Shown one piece after another: positions 49,527 to 64,000 of a stretch of 64,000 nucleotides of DNA. Each line of letters begins with the position of its first letter. The stretch's first letter is position 1. The notes beneath the pieces are model-generated. The model saw only the letters and a program-made list of their open reading frames with translations. It was not told where the DNA came from and ran no database searches. The stretch covers positions 10,416,001 through 10,480,000 of the forward strand of contig OZ024762.1 of NCBI GenBank assembly GCA_964016885.1, given 5' to 3'. The DNA is from Eledone cirrhosa. Lineage: Eukaryota. The translations under genes and the position numbers were made by a program.

Positions 49527-52470
49527 CTGTGCTCCCGCAAAGGGTGCTCTACGCCTTGGCCGACCAGGCCCGAAACCCAGGTTAATTAGACTGTCGTTTT
49601 CAAACTCAACTGAGGCACGTTCATACCTTGTAGCCTCTGATAAAGCTAGGCGTGAAAGTCGGATTGCTTTCCGAACACGCCCTGGTCTTCCACCTGATGT
49701 CCGCCCAAAGTTGCGTGCTGCAGCTTCCCTAAACCGCAGCTCGGCAGAACATGAAAGCTTCAGCCTACGAGATGTTGGGCAGATATGGAAGTTTGTTAAG
49801 GCTGGCGAATCATGGAAAAGAGACACCAGCTGGTCTGAAAACACGTTCGGTCAAATCTGTCGGCAATTCCTTGTGCTGATTTGAACCAATCACAGCAGGA
49901 AGTTTTTTTCTGCGATATACGTATGACCATGTCAACACTGCTACTTGGAGTCGTTTACCGTCCCCCAAATTACCATCAGGACACTCAACTTTGTGATATC
50001 CTCAGAGCTGCTGCCAGGAAGACAGCCACTTATGTTTTCATTGCAGGTGACTTCAATCAGCCTGAGATTGACTGGGAAACCTTTCGTTGGCCGCCAAGTG
50101 CAAATGACTTCCTTGAGCTGGTGCTGGACTCGAGTTGGTCCCAGGTGGTCACCTCCCCAACGAGAGGTGACAACACTTTGGACCTACTCTTCACCACTAC
50201 TCCTGAAACGGCCATTAGTGTTACTGCTGAGGAACCTTTAGGTGACTCTGATCATGCTATGATCATTGCCAATCTATCCCTCATGGGCAGTGACAAGAAC
50301 CACAACCATCTCCAAAGTGCTCACTTTGACTGGAATAAAGCAGACTGGAACTGTTACTGCACCGAGTTGCAATGGCCAAACTGGCTTGAGTTCTACGACT
50401 CTGGAGATGTCAACACTGTACTCCAGAACATCCTGAGCAGCATCGGTGCCACGTAAGCGGAAAAAACATCCCAAAAGCGCAATTTGGGAGACTGCAGCAG
50501 TCTGTCTTGCCAGAAAAGAACGGCGCAATGCTGAACGTGAGTACAAACTTCACAAATCAGACATTAATAGGAAGAGGCGAAATAGATCGTCCAACCACCT
50601 CAAACAGGTGACAAAAAAGGCAGTGCTTCAATTTGAGCAGCGCATAGCAACCAGCCCTGACAGTAAGGTGTTCTGGAAGTATGTTCACTTAAAGCAGAGG
50701 CCTCACTCTCCAGTTGGTCCTCTTCGCAATCCCCACACAAGCCATGCGCAGAGCTCATTGCTGAATGCTATTCAGGCATTTTCACTATTGAAGACCAGAG
50801 TGTACCATCTCCACCACCTATGACACCGGACTCTATTACAACCATGGAATTTACACCTGCAATGCTGCGACGTCACCTAAAAAATCAACGCAACCATGCC
50901 TCTCCTGGTCTTGATGGTGTTACGTACCTGCTTCTTAAACGTGGTGGGTACTTCCTTCTACACCAGTTATCATGCTTCTTCCAATTCTGTCTGAACAACG
51001 GTGCTACTCCAGAACAGTGGAAAACTGCCAGTGTCATTCCTCTGTTCAAAAAGGGTGACCGCACATCACCTGTAAACTATCGTCCAGTCAGTCTTACTAG
51101 TTGCATCGCCAAACTGATGGAATCCTGTGTCAGAGAAACACTTTGGAACTTCTGGAGCTCTCACAGTCTTATCCGGCCCTTGCAATTTGGATTTATCCCC
51201 AACTCCAGCTGCTGTGATCAACTTATAGAGTTTCTTGAGGACATCACCCGGATCACTGATGGCGGCTCATGGGTGGATGTTGTTTACCTTGACTTTGCGA
51301 AGGCCTTCAATTCTGTGCCACACAAAAGGCTTATGGCAAAACTCTTTGCAATGGGTGTGAAGGATGATCTTTTTAACTGGTTGAAGTCCTTCATTCTCAG
51401 TCGAAGAGAGGTAGTCACGGTTCTGGGACAGCATTCCTCACCATATGAGATGTCATCTGGTGTACCACAGGGATCTGTTCTTGGCCCCCTTTTGTTTGTG
51501 GCATATATTAATGACATAGATGCCAACTTAAGGAATGCCACAGTACTAAAGTACGCAGACGACATCAAGCTGTACCTTGAGATAAAAAGGACAGATCCTG
51601 AACACTATAGATCTTGCTTGCAGTCTGACCTGGACACAATACAACAATGGATCTCAGACTGGCAACTCAAGCTAGCTGTGGACAAGTGCACCACCATACA
51701 TTTTGGGAGTAAAAACCCAGCGTCCACATACTCCCTCCACAGCACTCATATCAAGAAGTCTTCCTGTGAACGTGACCTGGGCATTACGGTCAGCAGCGAT
51801 TTGCGTTGGACGAGGCACGTCTCTAAAGTTGTCAAGAGGGCCGAGGGTGTCTTAGCATCACTCAGCAAGACCTTTGTCAGCCGCTCTCCAGATATCTATT
51901 TAAGGCTGTATACAGGCTATGGTGCGACCACACTTAGAATTTGCATCACCAGTCTGGAACCCCTATCTTGCTCAGGACATTGACCGCCTGGAAACTGTTC
52001 AGAGACGTGCAACCAAGCGAATACCCTCCATCAGGCATCTACCATACTCTGAGCGCCTTGCTTCCCTGGGCATGGATTCATTGAAGCTCCAACGTCTGGC
52101 AACTGACTTGGTAAACCCCCACAAAATTGTTAACCATGTTGCCAACAACAACCCTGAGTACCTTTTTGATTTCCATGTGTCTAACACACGTGGACATGCC
52201 CACAAAGTAAGAAAACAGCACAGTTCCCATGACTTTCGGAAACATTTTTTCACGCTCAGAGTTGCTGAAGCATGGAACAAACTACCTGCATCAGTTGTTA
52301 GCTGTCGAGACACTGCATCCTTTAAGGCCTCCATGCTTCCCAAGATCCGCCAACACTACAGCTAACACATACACACATGTACTTCCCTGACATTTGTGTA
52401 TTATTCTATGTACTATATTGACGAGTTGTAGTGCACCTGAGCACTTTACACAATAATTTCATTATTATTA
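49527..52470 (+). mobile_element. CR1-clade LINE: ORF1 C-terminal fragment plus frameshifted ORF2 (APE endonuclease and reverse transcriptase), (TTA)n tail
   Basis: RLGRPGPKPRLIRLSF (ORF1-like); GVVYRPP, IAGDFN, PTRGDNTLDLLF, GDSDH (APE); YLDFAKAF, GVPQGSVLGP, YADD (RT); VRPHLEFASPVW, TRGH...FFTLRV at the C-terminus. Split across ORFs 49881, 50446, 50820, 51919. Confidence 0.92.
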
Positions 52471-55400
52471 TAATGTCTTCTACATACAAAAAATAGATGC
52501 CTTGATAAAATATCCAGAGTTTTATGTAAGTATCCTCGGGAAAAGTAGTAGAGAAGAGTGTTTTAACTTTGCCTTGTGTGTATGTAGATGCTGCATATAT
52601 ACGATACTTCGAAGTAAGTGTGTTTATGTATAGAGAGAGGGTCTGTATTCTATATACTACAGTTTCTTATATAGCTCCGGATACTGTGTATAATGAGGAG
52701 ATATACCTTTCTTCTAAGTAAGTATATACAGAGAAGGTGTAATAGAGATACGATTATAATATAAATATATAGTTGATATGATGTGTGCAAGAGAGAATGC
52801 TGAGTTGGAGTAAAGGTGGTGATGCCGAGGTAACTCGACGTAGAAATTACGATGCTATAAGGTATAGAGAGGAAAGTAGCATGTATGTTTAGTTAGAAGA
52901 GGTAGCTGCGTGTATATATTATTTGTTTTGTTTTGTTTCTCGGAAGGAGGTTTAGTTCTGTGAAGAGTGTTTAGACTAAATTTAAAAGACATGGCAACTA
53001 AAACACTACAAGAATGTATTTATATTGAAGAATTAAATGTATGTATATTTCCAAGATAGTGAAATGTATTTTTGTGTCTCAATAATATTCGTGAGTGTGA
53101 ATAAAACTTTACAAACCTCTTTACACGACCGTAAAATCCAAACCGGTATCGTTAATGGTCCCAGAGTAAGTAGAATGATGTTACCGCTTCAATACACTGA
53201 AAAGAAATGACAACAAAGTAAGAAGAGTTCCACAAACCGGAAGTAGTTCAATGTAAACAAAGGGCAAATAATTCAAATTAAGGGGAGATAACTCTCGTCA
53301 AATTGTTTGGCAAAAACTCATGCGAGAGCAGGCCAGCATAAAGCCAGCCTGCTGTGGTCCCGGCCGACCCCCGCAACGATTCGAACTTCAGACACGATCG
53401 AGTGGTCATGCCATACCGAAGTACGACAGCGAAGCCAGAAGCGCTACGTGCAGCGCCACGCACAAGCCGCAATTCTACAGAGTCAAATAGGCATACTTAT
53501 AGCTAACATTTTCTTTCTTTTTTAAAAAAAAAAAGAAACGGAAAGAAAGCGAGATAACACGACATATTCCGAGTGTTATCTCGCTTTCTTTCCGTTTCTC
53601 TCTATATATAAATATAACGGGATATATAGCAATTAAGGAACTACTAGTATTTTGTACATATATAACGGGATATACACGAATAGAAGCCAGGGAATATGTA
53701 GAAAGGTGTTGACTTATATAGGGAGTCAATAGTTTAACCGTTTTCGCCAACTACAAATTCTACGTAAATAAGATTCGGATTTTTACCCATTTCTCAGACA
53801 TAAGATAGGGAGGAGGGTCACCTTATATTCGAGTATTTTGTACATATATTCTTGTTAGACTAGACTGGCATCATCATGTGTTGAGCCGACCAGGTGCTAC
53901 TGCGTTGAACGAGAGTAAGGCTGTGGGCTGATGCGTCACTCCGTTGGAAACGTGGTGGTCCCATCTGATGTTTTAGATGGTCCTCAGGGCTCTGCTATCG
54001 AAGCTGTCAATCGTCTTTGTGAGGAGCCACGTTTCTACAATTAATATGTAGTTAAATATACTTCAAGATGGTAACATAGCCTTAGACAGATCTATATATG
54101 TAATAGTTAGTGTCGATTTGAGTAATCTTAAGACCATGATTCCAATCATCAATATATGTATTGATGAAACCTAAATATAGTCTGTTCTAGGCTTCTTACC
54201 AGTTTCTTTGGAATTAAGTGTCTGAGAGTATAGGACGCTGAGTGTACTGGAGAAATGTGAAATGGTTTTAAAGACTTACATACAGAACTTCCAAGCTGTG
54301 AGAGTTACATGTATGTATGGACCCGTAACTCCTGAGGGAGGCAACGCATTGACCTACAGTGTTTCTAGGGCTCTTTTAAAAACCTGGCAGAGCCCAGGTC
54401 TGAATACAGCGGATTTCTTCTAGAGAAGTATAGAGGAAGAATCAACCCCGAATGGATGAAATGGGATTTGAATTCAGACAGCTGAAATGAAGGCATTCTA
54501 TCTGTTACATTTATATATACATACTTTCTTTGTCTAATAAACAAAACTAAATCTTCTCTAAACACACACATAAAGTTACATTTATATAAACGTTCTTCTG
54601 TACAAAAACGAGGGTCAACTGAAAAGCTCATCGGCTGACTATGAAGGAGTGAAATCTTGCATGCATTAATTTCAACCCTCCTTACTAATAACTGCATTGT
54701 TTCTTTCCATTTGGTCAGTCAGCCCTCTTACATAGATACTTCTGATTCTCTTTTTTACTAAGAAACATAATTAAACCTTCTCTACACAGGAAAACACTAC
54801 TGCCATCTTCAAAGGAATGTAAATAAACTTCCTTATCTAGCGACGAACATGTGAAATAAACCAAACTTTTGCTTTTTCATTTCTTCTAAGAAACAAGACA
54901 GCTAACTCCAATAAGTGTGTATACAAAAAAAATGTCTACACACTTCAGGAAAAGAAAAATTTGTATAAATATATATTTAGCACCCATCCACCATCTGAGT
55001 GAATCTCTTGGTCAGTGCCCAAGTCTCAGACCCGTACAGCAACACAGATGAATCTTCAAGTCTTTACGAAGGTCCGATCTCAAACAGTGACAGGCTTTGC
55101 TCCAATGCTGAGGATGGCTCTGAACATTAATCAGTATACACTGAGGATGAAGAGCTCTGAGCTGTACAGGAGCCTCTCGAAAGTAACACAGAGGAGATTG
55201 AGGTTAGCTGGACATGCTCACTGATATTCAGAGTTGATACTGCACTCAGTGGTCCTGTGGGAGCCCCTCCGCGGACAGAGGGAATTTTACCCACCCTAGA
55301 TATATACATACAAAAGATGAATTTCCATGTTGAGATATCTTGATTCAAGAAATGTATTATTGAATATATGTATCTTTTCCCGAAGTGTGAATACATTTTA

Positions 55401-58400
55401 TTGGCGGATTCTATATATATATATATATATACAAACAAAAGAGTAAACCTTTCAGCAACCAATATACCTTATGAAAAATTTCAGCAAGTGGCCTTGGAGT
55501 GAAAGGACTGGAGATCAGGAACTTCGAGTCTGGTTGTATCCCTAGGCTGCAACAGGAAGGAGAAAAACATTATCAAAAATACCAGCAACATTATCCTCAC
55601 CCTTGGCAGGACTAAAATGTCATACCCAACATAAACATCCAAATCAAATAGGTTGTTTGGATCCTCATATATATTTATATAACCAAATTTAATATAGAAA
55701 TAGTCTACAGGACTAGAACTGTTTTCCTTCGAATGAAACAGTTCTAGACCTGTAGAAGCCATTTCTATATTAAATGTTGTTGTATACACTCTACTAATGT
55801 ATTGAGAACCTTACTACGGTTACCCCCCGATTGAACCCAGGACTCATATATATGGTAGGTATGTGTGTAACTATAGTTACAGCCAAAATCTCTTTTTGTG
55901 AGGATATGAGCTAGACTAACTAAAATAAGTCAGTTTTACTTACAAAGTTCCCCAACCCTGGTTTCTGGACATCAGAAAACAACATTAACCATTCCAATAC
56001 ATTAGAAGAATGACAATTCCATCATCAGGATAAGAAGTCTTTGGAATAACAGGAGTTGAATACATACCATGTCGTTGCCGACTGCATGGTGTCCAACAGG
56101 TTGTGATACTGAATTACTATATGAATATATCCCACTCAATGTATGAGGACAACACAACAGGTTTATATTAATGGTAAAAATAGCAACCAAAATCAGCTCA
56201 GTATAGATGCCCTTGCTTTGGATGACTTCGGCACATAAAGTCACCATAATATTGAAGTTTTGGAGTGATAATATTCCACTCTTCCTCATTTGGTCATTCC
56301 ATGAGAATATCTTGGTCAATCAACCCTCATACATATATAAACTTAATCTTTCTTCTGCTTTACTTTTTTACTGAGAAACAAAACTAAACTTTCACTACAC
56401 AGGAAGATACTACTCCCATCTTTGAAGGAGAGTAAATAAACTGTCTGGTCTAAAGACGAAAAAAATGTGAAATAAAAGAATTAAATAAACCAAACTTTTG
56501 CTTTTTCATTTCTTCTAAAGGACATGACAGCCTCCTAGTGCTGGTGGTCTACACAATAAAAACATCCAGTGAATGCTGTAAAGTGGTGGGTGTTCGGAAG
56601 GACAAGCAATTGTAGAAAACTTGCCAAACAAGGGGTTAGGGAGATCTTTCAGTTTGTGTCAAGAGACATGACAACTTCTCTGCACTCAAAATGACCATAT
56701 GTAAGCGAGATACAGAACCCTTGGCTTGTCTGGGAGGTCAGTAGCCCTTCTTCAGTATTGAGTTGGTGTATGTAGACCTCTGGAAGGTCAGTAGCCCTTC
56801 TTCAGTACTGAGTTGGTCTATGTAGAACCCTTGGCCTGTGTGGGAGGTCAGTACTGACTTGGTTTATGTAGATATGTCTAACCTTTACTAGCAGGTGTTA
56901 AATGATATATATAAAAAAGAGGTTTAATGGATCCTTCAGTTGTGCCTCAGTACAGCAACCTCCCTAGTGTTGGTGATCTATACGATAAACGCACCCAGTA
57001 CAGGCTGTAAAATGGTCAGTGATATGAGGGGTAACCAGCAGTAGAAAGCTTGCCAAAGAAAGGGCTGGGAGGACTCTTCAGTTGTGTCAAAGACACGACA
57101 AGCTCTCCTGTACACTCAGTAGAATGTGAAAGTGTACGTAAGTGAGATACAGATCAGTAGCCCCACTTTAGTACTGACTTGGTCTATGTATACCTGTCCA
57201 ACGCTTGCTATCACAAAACAATGATGATAAAGATATATATATATACCGCCAGAGCTGTCTTACTCTATTTTACCTTTTCTAAGTCATTCTTCTTTGTCTG
57301 TAAGTTGGACTGCAGTACATATTGTTCTCTTCTATTTCTCTCATTTCACTGTATTAGATTTTCTATAAAATGTATTTCTAACGCCCGCAGCTAATTTTGA
57401 GACACAAAAATACATTTTTCTATATACAGGAATAAATCTACATACACACACAAAGCTAGATTTATATATATATATATAAACCTTCTTTACTATATGCATT
57501 CTCCTAAGGATAAAAAAAAAACCTTCTAGACACACACTTATCTCTATATATACATGTTTGAAGAGGTATGTAATGTTTTATTTGCCGTGTCCTAAATTCA
57601 TTGCCAAACAAACACTGGCAGATATTGAGAAGGAAAAAAAAAACATTTTACTATATTCTATATACAAGAAGAATTTTGTAGACGTACATATATATAAAGC
57701 TACATTTATATATAGACATTCTTTACTGTATACACCCTTTCTTTAAGAACGAAACCCCCTATATATACATACATCTTCTAAGAAACAAATCTTCTCTCTA
57801 CATATACTAATATTTATATATACATGTTTATTTTCCTTCTTGTACTTTTTCATTCACTAGACATACTTTCTTTTGAGATAAATGAAAAAAAGCAAACCTC
57901 TCTATACACACATAGAGCTACATTTTATTATCCTATCTATATCATCATTTTTAAGTCGGGTTGGTTTGTCATCTGTGAATCTCAGCAATTTGAGATCACC
58001 ACCACCAGGTCTACCTGGCATTTCTTTACCAACTCAAGCCTAGTTATGTAACTGTGTGCTTAGAGGTTTAGCATTTCTTTCTCTAGACAGTATTGATGTT
58101 ATGTTAGAGCTGTGTAATCTTGCATGTATTAATTTCAATTGTTTTTTTATATTGATTGATATCTACTTTGTTTCTTTCCAGAGGATGTTGAAGAAGTAAA
58201 CCCGATTTGGTCATTCCGTCCATCTTTCGTTTTATGTAACACTTTCTTTCTGTGGGGTGCCCCTTTCATTTTAGGTAGCACTTACTTTCTGTCGGGGTGC
58301 TTTTTTCTGGTTGCCTTCACTACAGTTTAACCCTTTAGCATTCTCACACCTCGTTCTGTTCAAACTGGCTGCTTATACAAGCATTAAGGTATTGTTCTCA

Positions 58401-61400
58401 AAATATATAATAACATCATCAAAATCTCGTAGATTCGATATTATGCGAGATAAAGCCTTTACCACAAAAATACTGCAAACAAAATAGTAAATATAGAGAA
58501 ATGTAAATGCTAAAGAGTTAAAGAACCCATGTGTACCCACTATATATACATGGAGGTCAAAAGAAGATGACAAACAAACTCAACTTAAACATGATGTTAT
58601 AGATAGGATAATAAAATGTAGCTCTATGTATGTGCATAGAAAGAAGGTTTGCTTCTTTTTTTTTTTTTATCTCAAAAGAAATTATGTGTCTAGTGATTGA
58701 AGGAAAATAAAATGTTTTGGTATCTCCGCTTGTATATATATAAATATTGGTATATATAGAGTTTTGTTTCTTAGTAAAGAATGTCTATATATAAATATAG
58801 CTTTATATATATATATGTACGTCTACAAAATTCTTCTTGTGTATAGAATATAGTAAAATGTTGGTATTTATTTTTCAATAATATCTGCCAGTGTTTGGCA
58901 ATGAATTTAAGACACGGCAAATAAAACATTACATACCTCTTCAAACATGTGTATATATAGAGATAAGTGTGTGTCTAGAAGGAGTTTTTTTAATCATTAG
59001 GAGAATACATATAGTAAAGAAGGTTTATATATATATATAAATCTAGCTTTGTATGTGTATGTAAATTTATTCTTCCGTATAGAAAAACGTATTTTTGTGT
59101 CTCAAAAGTATCGGGGAGGTGCTAGAAATAAATTTTATAGAAAGCCTAATATATGGCAAATAAAACATTATATACTTCTTTACACGAACAGAATATCCAT
59201 CACGATTTTGTCAAGGTACCGGTGTAAATCGAATGATGTCACTAGTTCAGTTGAATCAAGTAGAATGACAACATAAAAAAGAGAGACTTTTGAGGCTGTC
59301 CGTGGAAACGGTTTATGCGGAATAAGTTCCGACTACAGAAACAAAAAGGGGGCTGCGAGGCAAAATTAAGGTGATAGGGCCCTTCTTAATATGTAAAGAG
59401 GTAGGGATACATTCTATACGATGTGCACAGGGATAATAAAAGAGGTTGTGAACTGCACCCACAGTTGACAAGAAGGGGTTTCTTTACGTACTAAAGGACG
59501 CTCCACTGTTGACAAGAAAGGGTTTCTTTACGCATATACATAGATACATGCAGGGGCTTCGTTTGCCTTTAAAATGTGAGGGGGACAAACCAACAGTTTG
59601 ATAAACAATGTATTGTTTATCTATATTCACTTAGTGAGACAAATGCATATAAAAATGTTCTACAGTTCTCATTAAAATTATTGATGAGTTGATCTTTTTT
59701 AATTTTTAGTAAATGGATGTAAATATCGAACGAAAAAAATTCAATACCGATTGTAACTTAGGGGTCTACCTAAATAAACATGTAAAAATAGTGAGATTTT
59801 CTTTGTTTTTTAATTAGGAAAAAGTAGTGGGGAAAAAAGATAGTTCGACCTCGTTCTTGAAAAAGTGGGGGAGGGGGCTTGCCCTCTGGTACCCCCCAGA
59901 AATAAGGCCCTTGGATACATGTATATGGTTATATATAAGGTTACTATGGGTGAGAGGCCGGAGAATGTCTGTGAGTGGCTTAAAATTAATTAGCCAGGGT
60001 TCTTTAAAATAAAGAAGCGTAAGCACTGAAAAGAAAAAAAAGCGGCGACATCGTAATTATGACGCCGGTGTAGCTATTACGTGCGACCCATTGTTTACCT
60101 TAACCCCTTCTCACCATCACGGTAATTTGATGTTCAGGTTACAGGGAGATGTGGGATGGAATTAACTGTTTTATTAATTTACTTATATCAAACACCAAAC
60201 ACATTACCGAGGAACAAATTAAAAAACTTGGCTTCCTGAAAAAAAAAAAAATGTACCCTAACATCTTCCATGATGCAACAGTGCAGGTAAATAACTTGAC
60301 GATTTAGCGACATCAGTTCCTTCAAATTTTCTACGGGGAAATCTCAAGAACGATAACTCCGTCTTTACTTAATCGCTAAAATGGGTGCAAAAATTATCCC
60401 TCGCAACACATGTTATGGCGAAAAAAACAATATTAAAAGTATTTTGTTCGGGTTTTTAAGGGTGGAAATTTCATTACAAATGCAAGTAATAATAATTGTT
60501 TCTACTTTAAACACAAGGCCAGCAATTAATCCAGTACATTACTGGTACTTTATTTTATCGACCCCGTAAGGATGATTTAAAAATACATTGTATAACATAC
60601 GTACAACTTCGTACAGCATGCGCTGTAATCTTTTCTAGCAGATACTTCGTCTTAATCTCATTCATTCTCTGCCTCCTTTACTGTGTTTGTGATCAGAACT
60701 ATGTCATCAGCAAATTCCGCATCCGATATCTTTTTAGCCTTAACTTTCCTACTCTGAGCTAGGGCTACAGTAAAGCCAGAGTCCTGGTGTTTCTCCAGTA
60801 CAAGGCGCGTACAATGTCCACTGCGATGATAAAAAGGTAGCAAGCCAATGCATCTCCATCAGGCATTTCAGCCAGTATCTCAAAGAACTCTGTCATCCTG
60901 TCAAGTATAATGACTTGGACTCTGTTGTTGGTGTAGATCAGTTATATATATATGTGTGTGTGTGAGATCCTTGGTACAGTTAGGTATATTTGAAAAAAGG
61001 AAAAGAATGACTTCACTTGTAGTGTTAAACAATTTTTTTGATTTAATTTTATAATATATGTATATATATATATATATATAGTGTTATATTTGGGGAGGGT
61101 CATATTGTTATAATATTGCCAGAAAAATATAGTAAAACACACTCACTGTTTAGTTTGGGTTGGTGTTCGCTTCAGTATATTCCTATAATTAATTCAGCTG
61201 GTAATTAATGTTTACCATTAATTGACCAACAGTTAAAACTATAAGTATAGTTTCAGCCAGCTGAATTAATTCTCAACATGCTGGTTTCATGATTTACCTG
61301 TGATCAACATTGGTGGTTACCTCAGTCTGGATGAAATCCACATCTCCATTGCATTTAGAGCTGGTGCCAATGTCTGTGGCAGGTACCTTAACTATTTTCT

Positions 61401-64000
61401 TTCAGTTTGTGGTGTTCAAGACGTTTGGGGAAATGGCCATTGACAATGAAGCTCTTATCACTGTTGGCAAAACTCTTTACTGGTGTACCAGGTAATGCCC
61501 ACGGGGGTGTTTGGTTATTTCAGCATCATAGCCTCGCCATCATCTACATCAATGCGTGTGCTGGTTTGACTAAAACATTATTAGAGAAAACTACAGCCTC
61601 TCTTGTTGTAGAGTCTGATTGAGTGTACAGGTCTTCTAACCACTCTTTTTCTGTTGTTTTTTTTAACTACTGTATCTCATCATCATCGATTAACGTCTAT
61701 CTTCCACACTAGCATGGGTTTGTCCCATTTAGAGGAAAGTTAGGTCGAGTGACCGTGTCTCGCTCATATAGGAGAGTTTCTGGTCTGGTTTTCTACAGCT
61801 GGATGCCCTTCCTAACGCCAACCACATTTACAGTGTGGGCTGGGTGTTCTTTACAGTGTGGACTGGGTGTTCTTTACAGTGTGGACTGGGTGTTCTTTAC
61901 ACTGGACTGGGTGTTCTTTACAGTGTGGACTGGGTGTTCTTTACACTGTGGACTGGGTGTTCTTTACAGTGTGGACTGGGTGTTCTTTACAGTGTGGACT
62001 GGGTGTTCTTTACACTATGGACTGGGTGTTCTTTACAGTGTGGACTGGGTGTTCTTTACAGTGTGGACTGGGTGTTCTTTACACTATGGACTGGGTGTTC
62101 TTTACACTGTGGACTGGGTGTTCTTTACACTGGTCTGGGTGTTCTTTACACTATGGACTGGGTGTTCTTTACACTGTGGACTGGGTGTTCTTTACACTGG
62201 ACTGGGTGTTCTTTACACTATGGACTGGGTGTTCTTTACACTGTGGACTGGGTGTTCTTTACACTGGACTGGGTGTTCTTTACAGTGTGGACTGGGTGTT
62301 CTTTACACTATGGACTGGGTGTTCTTTACACTGTGGACTGGGCACCTAAATTACGAGAGCTATTATTGCTGAAAATTTATTCAAGAAATGACAGAAAGAA
62401 AGGAAATAATTTTGCAAGAATTTTATTGTAGAAACGCTTCGTGAAGAAAACCAAAAAAACTGAGAAAAGCTGGAAAGATTTAATGATGTGTCGTTAGTTC
62501 ATGTTTCTTTTTTCCTGAGAGACTTTTTTGGTTAATTTAGGAACTCTAAACAAAAGGAAAACGAAAATCAATTCTCAAACTTCAATAACATGTAATACGT
62601 ATGTTCATAGTTGTTGTTGCTACTGTTGTTATTAATACTACTACTATTACAGTAATGGTAATGGACATATGATCAAACATACTCCAACTATGATACCAGT
62701 TGTTTTTACGACATAATGTAGGATACATTGTGTTTGAAAAACACACAATGATCATAGATGGCTCCCTCTTTGATCATAGGTCTGCTGGATCAAGTCTCAC
62801 CTGGGGCTAAACAACAACAAACTGGACAATTGAGTGATAACATGACCTACTAACTTGATACAGGACACACCAAGTTCCATAGATACTGGAAGACTCCCAC
62901 AATGCACATACAGGAAGCAGTATATGAAGTGTACAGTATTTAACCTATGAGTATACATGTTATATCTGGAGTAATGGACACTTTGTCATGTATTTAACTA
63001 CTATGTACCGTTTGTGCGCTCCAGTTTGGTCTGAACTATCACCACCACAACAACCATTAACCCTTTGGCATTTAAACCGGCCATATCTGGCCAGAATTCT
63101 CTTCAAATCTGCCATACTTTGCTGTTCATATTTATGTTAAGGTATTGTTCTCAAAATAAATAATATCAAAATCTCATAAATTCGATATGTGAGATATTAT
63201 GTGAGGTAAAGCCTTTACCATGAAAATATAGAGTAATGTAAATGTTATGTGAGGTAAAGCCTTTACTGTGAAAATAGAGTAATGTAAATGCTAATGGGTT
63301 AAAGGACCTCTAACAACAACAACTTCAGGAGAAAATAAGATGAGATATAAAATATAAAAATATTACTGACTACGCAGAATTCAGAGGGTAATTGACTGAC
63401 ACTCTTTTGACATTGGGCAGTATTGAGACATGTTTTAAAGTCATTCAAAGCACTGAAAATAAATACATACAGAAATAAATTAGATGACATAAAATTGTTA
63501 ACAGTTTGGAAATAATTATTGATTTTTTTAATTGAGGATCAATGCCAGAAAATTTGAAGGAAAGGCAGAGTTGATTAAATCAATACCAGTACGTGACTGG
63601 TACTTTTTTCGACTCCAGAAGGATGAAAAGCAACAATAATTATTGATAAAACCACACTAAATATCAATTCTAATAGTAAACCATTATTTTAGGGTCAGAC
63701 AAGGCTGGTGGATTGGCAGTATCGGTAGAGGGTTGGACACCATGCTTTGCAGGAAAGACTTACGGCCCTTTATGGTCTGAGTTCAAAACCTGCTGAGGTT
63801 AACTTTGCCTTTCATCCTTACAGGGTCGATAAAATAAAGTAGCAGTAATGTACTGGGATAATTGCTGGCCTTGTGCCAAAAATAGAAACAATTATTTTTT
63901 CTTTCAGTTTTATATATTTATGCCAAGTTAAATCCTACCTAAGTGAAGGGGTGTGACAGAGTGATTAGAGAATTGGATTCACAATTGTGAGGTTATGAGT
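52270..64000 (+). repeat. Second copy of a ~52.27-kb tandem segmental duplication (matches 1-~11736)
   Basis: Near-identical direct repeat at offset 52269-52264; the ORF track repeats; only scattered SNPs and indels. Confidence 0.95.
62494..63452 (-). CDS. 3' exons (63452-63371, 62514-62494) of a second copy of gene B in the duplicated unit; 5' exons lie beyond the window
   Basis: Sequence matches gene B exons 5-6 at offset +52264. Confidence 0.75.

Noticed and set aside
49509-49844. 111-aa minus-strand Arg-rich ORF
   Set aside because: Antisense shadow of the plus-strand LINE ORF1 fragment.

Overview
AT-rich, repeat-dense eukaryotic (animal) genomic DNA. The SINE/LINE vocabulary and (TA)n microsatellites suggest a cephalopod/octopus, which is inference. 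Almost all ORF-track entries are repeat artefacts. Reading splice sites by hand reveals two previously hidden, divergently transcribed (head-to-head) paralogous 6-exon genes. Gene A (+, 25041-35997, 136 aa) and gene B (-, 18545-~10230, ~135 aa) both encode secreted proteins with a signal peptide and 11 identically patterned mature cysteines in two internal repeats. They share intron phases and homologous TATA/5'UTRs. The pair lies in a ~52.27-kb unit that is tandemly duplicated at near-identity (1-11.7 kb recurs at 52270-64000). Other content: a frameshifted CR1-clade LINE, RTE, RLE-type and Penelope fragments, several hammerhead-ribozyme cores, piggyBac- and hAT-type MITEs, foldback palindromes, many minisatellites, and a multicopy GC-rich candidate structured RNA.
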